DNA of 64,000 nucleotides, taken from Octopus vulgaris. Lineage: Eukaryota. The DNA lies in the NCBI GenBank assembly GCA_951406725.2, contig OX597822.1:5518001-5582000 (forward strand). The letters are read 5' to 3'. A program made the translations under genes and the position numbers. Shown piece by piece: positions 25,225 through 38,695 of the stretch. Below the pieces are notes generated by a model. It ran no database searches. It was not told the DNA's origin and was given only the letters and a program-made list of their open reading frames with translations. The stretch's first letter is position 1. Every line of letters begins with the position of its first letter.

Positions 25225-25720
25225 ATAAAGAAAATTAGTGAGAGAGAGAAAGAGTCTGTGAGAGTGGGAAAGAGTCTGAGAGAGAAAGAGAGAGAGAAAG
25301 AATCTGACAAAGAGAGGGAACTTAACAGAAAGGGGAGAGAAAGTGAGTCTGACAAAGCAGGAAAGAACCTTATAGAAAGAGAAACAACCTAATAAGAGAA
25401 TTTGATAGAGAGAAAAACTGATAAGGAGAGAGAGAGAGAGAGATAGATGGTGGAAGTGATAACTTTAGAGTGAGAGAGAGACTGACAAAAAGAGGGAGGT
25501 AAAGGGGAAGGGGACAGAGAAAAGAGCTGCAGAGAGAGGACTTGAGAGCTGGAATTAGATAGAGAAATAAAGTAGCAGAACTTGAGAGAGAAACTGATAG
25601 AGAGAGAGAGAATTTGATAGAGAGATAAAAAGCAAAGAAAGTATCTGAGAAAGAAAGAGAGACAGATAACCTGATAGAGAGTTCAAAATAAAAATGCATA
25701 CAGGAAAAGGAAGACAAAGA
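25225..25720. repeat. GA-rich degenerate (GA)n tract with recurring TGATAGA/TGACAAA interruptions
   Basis: Directly visible polypurine tract. Confidence 0.8.
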
Positions 25721-26319
25721 GGACTAGAATAAAGAAAGAATTTTGTATATAAATAAATATATAACATCAATGATATTATGAATGATTGCTAATTAAGGCA
25801 GATCTCAAGCTAGTCATAATAGACATAAAATTCAATAAATGAAAGCTATTCAATTCACCAAAAATCAATAAAAAGGAAACATGACACCACACTCTGGACA
25901 TTTGGCACAAGAAGGAAGATGGTCAAAATGTTACAGTTTCTGTCTTTTACATTTTATTGTCTGAACTGTCATGCACTTTGGTATGTCATCAAAATATGAG
26001 AACTCTGCAGTCACAGGGCTATAAATCTGTATTCTGTGTTTTCAAGAGGAAGTTTATAATCAACACTAGTAAAGATATTTGTACACTATTCTGGAAAATA
26101 AAATGTAATGCAAGTCTGCCTTGTAATAAAACTTGAATAACTCATACAAATATTATCTTTTGAATTGTACACTTGAATGAAGATAAAAAGTATGAAGTAA
26201 GTGTCAATACTCGTGTGTAGATAATGTAAGACACTTAAAACTTTTCGCTGCGTATATTTTGAATTATGACATTGGGCTATGTGTGTGTTAAGTTTCATCA
26301 GAAGAGTAGATTTGGTAGA

Positions 26320-26370
26320 TTTGTGAGTAGATTTGGTAGATGGAAACTGAAACAAGCCAGTTGTATATAT

Positions 26371-26420
<50 letters not shown>

Positions 26421-26583
26421 GTGTGTCTGCGTTTGTCCCCCCAACATCGCTTGAGAACCGATGCTGGTGTGTTTACGTCCCCATAACTTAGCTTACAAAG
26501 AATAAGTCCTGGAGTCGATTTGCTCGACTAAAGGCGGTGCTCCAGCATGGCCGCAGTCAAATGACTGAAACAAGTAAAAGAGT
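26320..26583 (+). mobile_element. SINE family A, 5'-truncated and internally deleted
   Basis: GATTTGGTAGATGGAAACTGAAA...ACCGATGCTGGTGTG...GACTGAAACAAGTAAAAGAG. Confidence 0.85.
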
Positions 26584-27423
26584 ATTAAGCTGGTGTTTGG
26601 GACATGATACACATTTTTGATGGAAGGTTTTCATTTAGATTACTTCAAACCAATACCATGGCATAGAACCAAGGTCAGTCTCAAACAGTTTGGTATCAAT
26701 CGGATTTACTCAAACTCTCTAAGATTAATATTTAACATAAAGTGCAATAAGCAAGCATTGGAGATTAAGTACAAGTATATTACAGGGCTGGATCTGTAAA
26801 TCTGCTTCAATCTCTGGTTGAAGCTAATTTCCTGCATTATACTTAAAGCATAGAAATTACAAATTCACATTCCAGCATTTCTATAAATGAGGTACTGCAA
26901 CCTGCATCTGTCTATATTGAGAAGGTACAAAGAGGGAAATGGCTGAAAGGAAAAGGTGTAAGATTAACTGAATGTGGCAAGATTGAATTCATCTACTTTA
27001 TGCTGTTCTTATAAACCCAAGGTTCAAATGACTATTTAGGAGGTGAAAAATAGACAACTAGCTTTTTTTTATATATATTTGTTCAGGAACTATATAGATC
27101 CATCTTGTGGTAAAAAAGAAAAATCATTGGTATTGGTAAAATTTACTGGAATAGGTCAATTAGTCCATGCTTACATGGAAGGAAAATTTATTGTTGTTTG
27201 GTAATCTCTGGTCAGCTATAGTCATACAATCATGTAGTCTTATACAACATAGAATAAGTGAGTGTTTCACAGACTGGATGCTCCTGATGGACCAAACCAC
27301 CACCTATTTGAGGACCACACAATTTAAACTAATACAAAGTGGATGCCATGCAGTGATGCTAAACCTGAAACAATATGGTTAGAAAGCAGCCATGCCTTCA
27401 CTTGAAATAAACATTTTATCAAA

Positions 27424-27567
27424 TCTTTATATATAAAAGAGAGGTTGTGTGCTGTCTGTCTCCTACGATTTAGATTCCTAACTACTCCCACATTTTGCGG
27501 TGCAGTTTAACCAAAAGCGGGTATCTTATAGTCGTGATTCATATCGAGCCCTTCTGGGTATAAGCGC
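27424..27567 (+). mobile_element. Non-autonomous Helitron, 5' part
   Basis: A|TCTTTATATATAAA start; TTAACCAAAAGCGGGTATCTTATAGTCGTGATTCATATCGAGCCC identical to the 63562-63901 copy. Confidence 0.75.
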
Positions 27568-27616
27568 AAAACTGTCCATTCTAAAGAGTCAATTACATAC
27601 TTCCATTATAAACAGT

Positions 27617-27660
<44 letters not shown>

Positions 27661-28189
27661 GAATTTAATAAATGTTTTAACAAAATCCTTCCATATTCTT
27701 GGTTACTTTGAAAATCTTAATTGCAACATAGTGTATTTCATTCAATATAGCTATAAAAGGTTTAAGAAAGACAGGAGCTATGAAATAAATTTCTGAATAT
27801 ATACGCATGCTAAGAAAAAAAGCCATTTGATGGAGAAGCATATTTAGACTTTTCTTTCCATTAATGAGTCCACACAATAAATGCTTTATATTTTAGTCAA
27901 AGTGTAGCTTCTGGTAAGAACATATAGACAAGAAAAAAAGCCATAGCTTTGAGGTTTTAGAACAGCGTTTTATGTAGAGCCTAACAAAAAATAAAGACAT
28001 TAAACACAGAAATAGATGCACAAAATTGATTTACTAACAATTAAAATTATAACATGGAGCTCATACTAATGGAGTCCATTGTAGCCACAATAGAAACACA
28101 AAGAAGATAGAAATTAATCTATGAAAGTATTCAGTGAATGGTTTTGAAAATTAAGCATAAGCACAGGCCTGGATGTTATATAGGAGGGA

Positions 28190-28545
28190 AATGACTGTGT
28201 GATTAAGAAACTTCCTTTGCAATCACATAGTTTGGGATTCTGTCCCACTGTGCAGCACTTGAGGCAAGCACCTCCTACTATACCCCTGGTTTAAGCAATG
28301 TCTCATGAATGAATTTTGTAGATGGAAACTATATGGAAGCCCACTGTGTGCATTTGAGCACACATCTTTGTCTGTGAATACTTAGCAACTGGAATGGGCT
28401 GGTTCGTGTCCCTGTAACTTAACAGTTTGACAAAAAGAGCAATAGAATTAAGTGTCAGATTTAAAATAAGTACTGGAGTTGAAATGTTCAACTAAACCCT
28501 TCAAGCCAGTACTGCAATATGGTTGCAGTCCTATAAGAGAAACAA
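28190..28545 (+). mobile_element. SINE family A, old degenerate copy
   Basis: Collinear but diverged from 227-630. Confidence 0.7.
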
Positions 28546-28622
28546 CGATGCAAAAAGATTTTCTTCTAAAAGAAGAAATAAAAACCATTTCTTCTTAATG
28601 CTCAAGGAATATATATATAAGA

Positions 28623-28862
28623 TCATCATCATCATCATCGTTTAGCGTCCGCTTTCCACACTAGCATGGGTTGGACGGTTTAACTGGGGTCTGGGAAGCC
28701 AGAAGGCTACACCAGGCTCCAGTCTGATTTGGCAATGTTTCTACAGCTGGATGCCCTTCCTAACGCCAACCACTCCGTGAGTGTAGTGGGTGCTTTTTAC
28801 GTGCCACCAGCACAGGTGCCAGACGGGGCTGGCAAACGGCCACGATCGGATGGTGCTTTTTA
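28623..28862 (-). mobile_element. RTE-related non-autonomous element (family C), young copy
   Basis: Near-identical reverse complement of ~62570-62807. Confidence 0.88.
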
Positions 28863-29751
28863 CTCTCAATAACATATGTATTTATTTGAGATGAGTCAAC
28901 AAATTTTTAAAACTTAACTCACATGTTGATTTTGAAGAGGAAACTGCAGTTTTGGCAATGCTGGGCATATACAATTCCTGAGGATGATGATTTGAGATAA
29001 TCTATGTAGCTGGTAAACTTACAAGAATTATGTGATGTTCATTAGAATTACATTGGTAATAAATATATTCTATATTTTTATTTCTTTGTTTTCAATGTAA
29101 GCAATATCACATTTCTGTTGCTTAATAAAATATCTAGATGATCCTATCATTAACATATTAACATATTTTTCCCATCTTCACATGTGTTGAACAAGTTTAC
29201 AAGATAGCCTATTTGCATGTATATTGTGACAATTCATAAGTATAGCTTAACATTCCTAAGCCAGATGCAAGTATCTCAAAATTTTCATTGGCTCTTCTCT
29301 GCTCACAGAGACTCACTACTGCTGCTTCACAGAACATTACTCACTCAACACACATTATCCATTTGCATTATATGCATATACTACTAAAATTGGCCTTCTT
29401 GCATAGAATATCAAGTTAAAAGGTTAACCAGTACCATAATATTTTCTAACAATGGTGTAAATTCCATAGACCATCTAGTCTATAAATGAATAAATAAATA
29501 AATAAATAAATAAAAATATACTGTATGTTGGTAAAAGGTTAACCATGAGTAGTGGTATGATCTGGGAAGTTGGATTGTAACATAGGATTTTTACCCCTTT
29601 CTTTCTTAGTTAAAAATGAAATACAGACAGGAGAACGAAAACAAGATGATATTAATAATGGTTTATCCATCAGATCTTTTGCTAAAAAACAGTCTGGTTT
29701 ATGTTGAAATGATTTCCAAGTAGAAAAGAAAAAGAAATTTGAAATATACTT

Positions 29752-29800
29752 AGAGCTCCCCTGATGAGCATTAGAACACGAAACCAGCTGATAGATTCTG
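29752..29800 (+). ncRNA. Degenerate hammerhead-like motif
   Basis: CTGATGA-GCATTAGAACAC-GAAA-CCAGCTGATA; near-palindromic stem III ACCAGCTGAT; stems I and II imperfect. Confidence 0.42.
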
Positions 29801-30244
29801 TATTGTTTAACGTGGAAAATTGAATTCTCTTTAGGAATATAAAAAGAAAAAAAAAGTTGGTAAAAATAAATTTTTAGAAATCTTCCATTAGAAATTCTTC
29901 AGACTTAGATTGATGTTTCTTTTTAACTTATTTTTAAATATTCAATAATGTTCAAGCAAAGATTTCCAACTAAATGTTTTAAATCTTTATATATTTGTTA
30001 CGCTGTTGAAAAGTAACGATAAAAATAAGATTGAAAATGTATAAAATAACTACTTTTAAAATAAGTAACCAGTGGCCTACTAAATATTGTCATGCTTCTG
30101 CATTAAGTGGCATCAGGTAACTAAACAAAGAAAAAACAATATTGTTTAAAAGCTCACTTTAGATAATTCTCAGAAAAAAGAATCATGAAAATCAATTATA
30201 TATATACACATATATATACACACACACAATAGAAGTCATCTCAG

Positions 30245-30276
<32 letters not shown>

Positions 30277-32056
30277 GCATAATATGTAAGTGTGCACGCA
30301 CATATATTATATATATATATATATATATATACTCACACACACACACACATATACATGCAAAAATGGTTACAGACATACTAGCTTTAACCTGAAAAATCAC
30401 ATAAATCAAGTTCAATAAACACGTATGCAAATTCACATAAATCAGCGGAGACGTACATAAATCATCACACACACTGTAAAAATAATATAAGAAAAATATA
30501 TATAAATAAAAGAAAAAGATAATAGGCGAGTGATGCAATTGTAAATTCTGTTTAACAATAATGTTTAATTACTTATATAGGAACTTATGTTCTTTCAGAT
30601 CCATTAATCAAATTTTCAAGAAATTTCTTAAAATAGGCATGGGAATATATTTTAGAAGAAACCAATAATCTAAGTCAAGTTGAATTATGATTGAACACTC
30701 TATTTCATTTTCTGAATTTTTAAATATTTTTTTTCAAATTTTAGTTTTTCATTCTTTTTGAAAGTCAATCCACATCAGAATTTTTTTCTTTTTACCCTTT
30801 TTTTTTTTGCACTACCTTTGGTGCTGAATAAAGGTCTGTAACCATTTCCACTAGATTACGTTTTCTCAAATATATAATGTGACTGTTTCTCAAAGTTTCA
30901 ACAGCTTGCAAAAAGATTAACATCTAGAACAGTTCACGATGATAACCATGCATACACAAACATAGATGGATGCAAATGTTAATGTGTACATAACTATGTG
31001 TATGTATTTATGTATGTATGTATGTATATGTGCATGTGATTATGAATGAGTATGTTCATGGGTGTATGATTAAGGATGTGTATGTATAGGTGTATGTGAT
31101 ATTGGATATCTATCTAACAAGTGTGTGATTATGAAGGGGCATGAATGTGTAAGATTATTCCCAATTATAAATTTGGCTTGATATTAAATAAAATTAAAAT
31201 AGTATCTTATATCTTTGTAATAGTTTTTTTCACAAATTTCTCTATGATTTTCAGCTCTCAATGAAGACAACCAATCCAATTCTTGGCCAGATAAGAGTGT
31301 ATAAGATTCTTAATGGCATGTATGAAGAATCTCATTGAAATCTATATGATGAACACATATTCTCAATGGCAAACACAAATGGATTTTAAAAAGAAATTAC
31401 TTTTTATGCAAGAATCTCACAGAAAATAAGAAGTTTGCTGACGTTTTTATCCAGCAAAGAAATTTTCCTAATATGAACAAAACTAATGAGGTATGCAGTT
31501 TACTCTAAGTAAATTAGGACAGGTAGAGATAAGTCCCTTGATCAAGGCCATTATTTAGAGAACAAAGTTGAACTGAATAGAATAAGTATGAAGCTTAAAA
31601 TTAAGTAGTGGGGTCAATATGTTTGACTAAACACTTCAAGGTGATGTCCCAGTATGACTGCAGTCCATTGACTGAAATAAGTAAAAAGATTATATATATA
31701 TAAAACAATAGGCTTCTTTCAGTTTCTATCTACCAAATCTACTCACAAGGCTTAGGTTAGCCCAAAGCTATAGAAGAACTTGGCCAAGGTGCCACACACC
31801 AAGATTCAATTTATCAAATAAAAAACAAAATTTTAATGTATAGTTAAAAGGTTCGTTTTCACAAATAAATCATGTAATAACAGTAGGAAGATGTTTCCAT
31901 GTTATTTATATTTATATATATGTTTTACCATATGTTATTATTTTTTTTTTTTTTTTGCATTGCTCAGAGAAGTAAGAGGCAGCACTCTGTCCCTTGTAAG
32001 AAAATTTCTTCACTGATGATAAACCACACCAAAGTTGATAACAAAATCACTTTCTA

Positions 32057-32800
32057 GTAGTGGTATAGCCAATTTTTAAAGTTAGGGAGAGTGAGCACAT
32101 AAAAAAAAGGTACCGTGACACATACGAAACCATTTTTAACTCATATCTCTTATACTATGCAAAATATTTCATTAATTATAATATACGTAATTGTATTCTA
32201 CATTCATTAATTTCATGTTTTAGTAACAAATGTCATTATGTATGAAACTTACAACTACTGATATATGAAAAAGATGAAACTCTACGGGATTGTTTAGTGT
32301 CGAGAGTTTATGACATCAGAGTTTGTTTCGGTTTTTCAGATGATGTTAGCAGTCACCAACACATCACAGGAGATTGAGCAGACAGTTCAAAAACACAAGA
32401 GGTTGGTCAAATAGTTATGACTCTGGAAAGTTCTTCCAAAGCCAGATGAATAACAAATAAAAAAAAAAAAATAAAAAAAAAAGAGATTCAACTTTTATCA
32501 CACAAATGAACTAAGGAGTTTTAAAAAATTGTTGAAAAGGTGGCTGATTTTGAAAACTGTGTTTGAGAGAAATGATCATTCCCTTTGCTCCCTTATTAGT
32601 TATGTCGTTAGTTTCTAGTTTTAAAATCCTTAAACAGCCTTCAAGTAAAACAGTGTAACTGGAAATGTTGCTAAATATATCAGGAACCAACATAACATGT
32701 CTGGTAGTCTGGTAGTTAGAGCTGCATAATGATAGTGCAACAAACCCACGTTAGAATGGAAAATCTAGTGACAATAACAATGGCATTGGTAGCAACAATA
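32057..32800. mobile_element. Possible highly decayed hAT (Charlie/Buster-like) transposon remnants
   Basis: Short minus-strand peptide scraps (VFEL, HLCDK, RGF..L) resembling Charlie transposase; no intact ORF. Confidence 0.3.
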
Positions 32801-33564
32801 CATTGTTGAATAGATGGAACTTCTAAGAGAATATTATAAATTCAGGATCATTAAATATCTGTAGTTCCATGCAAGCAAACGCATATTCAAGCCATATGAA
32901 CTTGAACAATTTCAGTTTTCCTTTTACTTTGTACAGGATTTTTCTTTGTATCAAATGCATTTTTCATACTACAGAAACATTATATCAAAGATATTTCAGT
33001 AACTTGACATGGGAGTGCTATCTAGCTATTAACTATCTCACTACCTATAAATTTCTCATAGCCTACTTTTACATTATGCAGCCTTTACTAGAACTTGTAG
33101 TTCCTTTTTATAAATTCAATATATGTAATGTGCATAGTCATTGTCTAGTGTTTATAATACTTGCTGGCTTTCTTGACTCATCAACAGGGTTCATAACGCA
33201 ATGTCATATATCTAGTGACTCATACTTGTGTTTCTCATCAAAGCTCTAATTTACCAATCCAGCTATCATAAATCTGGATGAACATTATCTACTGTCTTCT
33301 ATATGCCTGTATTGACTAAAGCCACTTATTTGGATGGATCTAGAAGACAAAAACTGAGAGAGAGAAGATGAGTAATTTTATGTTTCGTAAGTCTATTTGT
33401 GCCTTTTGCCAGCTGGTTGTAAACAACAGCTGTGCAAAAAGTGTCATTTGTTTGCAGTACTCTATGAACGCATGGGTCTGGTCTTCTTCACATATCTTGA
33501 TATGTCGCCTGACCTTTGTAAACAAAAGGAACATTTTGGAGTCATTTGTTACCAGTTCTCCACA

Positions 33565-33735
33565 GGCACAGGAGTGGCTGTGTGGTAAGTAGCTTGCTAA
33601 CCAACCACATGGTTCCGGTTTCAGTCCCACTGCGTGGCATCTTGGGCAAGCGTCTTCTACTATAGCCCCGGGCCGACCAATGCCTTGTGAGTGGATTTGG
33701 TAGACGGAAACTGAAAGAAGCCTATCGTATATATG

Positions 33736-33772
<37 letters not shown>

Positions 33773-33967
33773 TTGAACCCCTACCATTGCTTGACAACCG
33801 ATGCTGGTGTGTTTACGTCCCCGTCACTTAGCGGTTCGGCAAAAGAGACCAATAGAATAAGTACTGGGCTTACAACAAATAAGTCCCGGGGTCGATTTGC
33901 TCGACTAAAAGGCGGTGCTCCAGCATGGCCGCAGTCAAATGACTGAAACAAGTAAAAGAGTAAAGAG
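33565..33967 (+). mobile_element. SINE family A, full-length
   Basis: Collinear with 227-630. Confidence 0.9.
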
Positions 33968-36250
33968 ATATGCATACCCAGGCTATTTGCTGTTCAGTAG
34001 ACTGGGAGATTATCACCTCATTTTGGCAACAGGAAGGATATCCAACCATAGAAGACTCCACCCCAACATGCTCTTGTCTGACCCATGCAAGCAAGGAATC
34101 AGACATTAACACAATGATGATGATGATGGCAGTTCACATTTTATTAAGACATTTAAAATCCCAAAAGTTAGTTTTGCCTTCCATGGTCAATGAAATAGAT
34201 ATTAGCTCAGTAACGAATTGATCTAATTGACCATACTTATCCAACTAATTTGAAACATTATACCTATGTTGGAAATGAATATATTATATATATTTCTATA
34301 TAAATATTTATGAAGTGTCATTTATCCTAATCAGGCTACTAGATAATGGGTCAATGGTTTCTATCTTTATCACCAATACTGTGCTGCATTCATAGCCTAC
34401 ATAGGTGTTAAAATTTGCTAGTTCAGTCTATGTACCTGCAAACAGCATGAGAACATATGGTTCACTGTTTATAGCAGTTGGGGAACAATCAAAGCCTCTT
34501 ATGAGTATGAGATGACATAGAAGCATTCAAATCACGTTTATATTCCAATCAATTTTCAGTCTTTTACAACCAACTGGTCTCATTGTGAGTAAATCTTGTA
34601 TCCGCTTTGTAGCTTGGCTAATGTCTTTTCCATTGGATTCTTTTCTTTCTTTTTTCCTCTATACATGTTCATGTAGTCTTAAGCATATTAAGAACATGTT
34701 TGTACCAGTAACTACAAAAACTTCTGCAATCAGTCATTATATTAGAAAACACAGAGCAAAAGATACAGAAATATCACAAATTCTACTAATGGCATTTGGA
34801 TGACATTGGTTAAAGTTTATTAAAGTGATATATTTAAACAGCTTTGCATAACGTGTCATTAATAAAAAAATTTTTTTTAAATAAAATAAAATAAAATAAA
34901 ACTATTTCACAAATAGAAAACGTAAATCAATAATTTAGAACAAAATATTTTAGTTGAACAATTTATGAAGAAAAACAGAATTCATACTTGCAAGCAAAAT
35001 GTTACATTAACTGTTGTAAAATCTAACCAATATACCAACAACTTTTGGGTTCTTCATCAACGAAATATATATTTTGTCATTTTACAAGAGATAGCAAAAT
35101 ATTCATAGTCACCTAACCAAATCAACATTCTTAGAAATCAGTGCCAAAAATCACAGCTTTACATTCTTTGAGAAATTTAAAAGAAAAGGCAGAGCTAAAG
35201 AATTATATTGATTTCTAAAGAATACAGATCTAATAATAGGTAGAATAATCAGTAATATAGTTGTAATTTCATTCCCACCCCACCCCACTCCACTTCGTCA
35301 TATTTTCATCTGTGTTTTTTCTATGTTCCTATGGTTTGAATAGATCTTCTAAGCAACATCTTTCATCTCATTCACTTCACAAAGGTGGTAACATTTTCAG
35401 CTTTACAAAGATGTTTACAACTGGATGCTTTTCAGAATTTAGCAAGGGTAGGAAACATGGGAAGCTGACATTGATTGAAAAATACAGAGGAAAAAAAAAA
35501 TGACAAAAAACAACAAAAAACTGTTATTTGAGATTAGCAACCATGCATTACCTTCAATAGAAATGTGAGCTGTTGAATTTCCAATAACACAGCACAAGAT
35601 CTATTTTTGAATCAAAATGAACAAAAATGAAATAAAATAAATAAAAAATGATTTTCCTAATGATTTCTCATAATATATAAAACTATGCTAAAAGTTCAAT
35701 ACAAACCAAAAGTCATAAATTAATAAATAAACGAATGAATAATACATCAGAAACATAAAGAAAGCCTTTTAAATTTACAAAGAGGATCTTTGTTTTAAAT
35801 AACAAAAGCTCCAATCATTGGCTTTTCAGTTTGGAGATGATTAAGTCAACAGGAAAACTAGCAATCATAGCACCGTAAAAGAGATAATGAATAACATTGG
35901 CAACCTACATGAATATTGAACGAATTTCAAACCTAATTTTTCGATAATAAGAGCTCGATGCAGTTGGAAGAAGAGAGCATTTGCTTTATCTTTCAATAAA
36001 TTTCCAACACACGGAGGAAAAAAAAAAAAAGTAAAAGTATGGGGGTAGATTTCATTAATAGAAATGCAATAATTCAATGATATATGGCTCCATAACTCTT
36101 AGGTTTTAATCAAGATAACAGAGAAGCTAACTAGAAAGGAGAGCTATTCAGAAAGTGAGCAATGGCTTGTGTCATAAGTCAAGTTATGGCTGAACTAAAC
36201 CTTCTGCTGCAGCCATTGAGTTTTTGCTCTGTAATTTGCTACAGCTGCAT

Positions 36251-36286
<36 letters not shown>

Positions 36287-36534
36287 TAAATTGTACAATA
36301 TAAGTTTCAGTAATTTATCTTTATCTCACTGAATCACCATTGATGCAGCGTGAGAAGACATAATATTGCTGAACACTGATGAAAAACTCTTTTCTGATTT
36401 CTTAATAATCTTATCTTTCCTCTCTTAACAAAGCATTTAATGACTTTAAACATAGTCGCTATACACCTTCTATCTGCCCTACTGACAGTGAGTATGGTAC
36501 CCATTTAATAAATATGTAATAACTTTCTGATCAT

Positions 36535-36822
36535 GAATACATGTGCATGTGTATGTGTGTGTGTGTGTATGTATGTATATATATATATATACATGCCCAT
36601 GTATGTGTGCGTGTATGTGTCTGCACATACATATGCATGTACATGTATATATAACTATATATATCTGCCCATGTGTGTGCGCATGTATGTGCCTGCATAT
36701 ACATATTTCTCTATACATATACATATATATGCATGTATATATATGTATATATAATGTATTGCACATATATATATATGCATATGAATACACACACACACAC
36801 ACACACACACATACCTATATAT
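36535..36822. repeat. Compound TA/TG/CA microsatellite
   Basis: Directly visible. Confidence 0.85.
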
Positions 36823-37241
36823 GTTAAAGTGAGGTTATCATTTTAAAAGCTACTTTAAGAATAACAGAACCTGTACTGATGGGGTAATTCTATACTGAAA
36901 TCAGAGTCAAATTTTTTGTAAAGTTCCAATGAACACAAACTTTATAACACACACACACACACACACAGAGATACGGAGGCATACAGAAAGGAATAAATGT
37001 AGCAGACAGTCTCTGCAAGCCATTGTAGTCCTCATCGTAGTGGTTGGTAATAAGATAGGGCAGCCAACCACTAAAAACCATGCCAGCCCAAAAAGAAAAA
37101 AAATACTGACATACCTAACAGTAAAGGTATCTGGTTTTATCTGCACCTGCTTACTAGTGGACAAAGGGTAGTGAAAACTATTCAACCCACAGCAACATGA
37201 AAAAAGCAGCTGTAGAATAATGTGCATGTGTACATGTATGT

Positions 37242-37274
<33 letters not shown>

Positions 37275-37276
<2 letters not shown>

Positions 37277-37298
37277 TTTTGAATTTTGGATAATTCTG

Positions 37299-37350
<52 letters not shown>

Positions 37351-37420
37351 GAAGAGTTTGCATGAACAAAAATGCTAATAAAGAATTATCCAAAATTCTG
37401 ACTGCCTCCTTATTAATATA
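37275..37420 (+). mobile_element. Short PLE pLTR-like remnant with inverted terminal fragment across (TA)n and decayed hammerhead
   Basis: GAATTTTGGATAATTCT (37281) inverted vs AGAATTATCCAAAATTC (37382); CTGAAGA-GTTT-GCAT-GAAC-AAAA. Confidence 0.45.
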
Positions 37421-38348
37421 CAATATCTGTGCACCACTTCAAACACTCTATACATATCACCATTATCATCATCGTTTAACATCCATATATGTAATTTTTT
37501 TGACTAATGAGTATATATTGGTGTGTTGAGTAAAGACTAGTACCAAATCTATCTTCTGTTTCCTTCCTAAATAATTATATGCAAATATATGTGTGTGTGT
37601 GCACAACCATACATAGAGACATAACATACATGCACTTACTATGTATGTACGTAACCACACACACACACACTTCACAGTAAATATATTTAAGTTTCAAATT
37701 TATTAAAGAGGTCATTAGCCAAAGACTGACTACTTGCTAAAATTATAATAGATAACTTGTTACCTAAGAGGTACATTTACCTGTTGTTCTTGTTATTATC
37801 TGGCTCAAACTCAGGTCAATTCAATCAGACCACACAGCTATACCTGTTGTGAATATGCATACTTATTAGAATGTTAAAGATTACAATGAAGGGCTTCCCT
37901 TCATTTATAAGAAAATATCACTGGAAATCCTATTTATGATATGCAAATATCTTCTTAATATTAATTCTTTTGCTTCATGCTGAAGACATACATTGAGCAT
38001 TAAGCAGATAAAAGGTGTTTAGCAAGTATGTTTGAAGTCTTTAAATGCTTTCCTAAGAGAGGAAAGATAAGATTATTACAAATAAGGCAAGATTTTACCT
38101 ATACCCTGCAACAACATATAAGATTGTTCTTCCTGTTGATCTCCTACTGTATAATTTGCTTTATATATTTGAATATCACAGCAAGCACTTGTTATACTGC
38201 AATTACTACTCTGTAGCCTCAAGGGTCAATTGTATTATTCATCATTCTTTAATGTATATTTACTGCTATTCAAAATGCATACTATCTAGCTATAATTTGC
38301 ATGTGCTCAAGTACATGTATGTGTGAACAAATAGGCAAGATTACTACC

Positions 38349-38386
38349 ATACATATACATATATATACATACATATATATACATAT

Positions 38387-38433
<47 letters not shown>

Positions 38434-38695
38434 TATATACAAACACACATATACACATGCATATGCTCACACATACACAAACATATCTACAAATATACAC
38501 ACATACATATACACACACAGAGACACATATACACATATATACATACATATATACATATATATATATACACACACATGCATACATACACACACACATATGT
38601 ATATATATATATATATATATACAAATAGATATACACAAACATACATATATACAGATACATACATAAATATATGCGTGGGCACACACATACACATG
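38349..38695. repeat. Compound TA/CA microsatellite
   Basis: Directly visible. Confidence 0.88.

Noticed and set aside
31255-31490. Plus-strand exon-like segment (TTTCAG|..GAG|GTATGC)
   Set aside because: Stops in all three frames; VYKILNGMY suggests a decayed CR1 remnant
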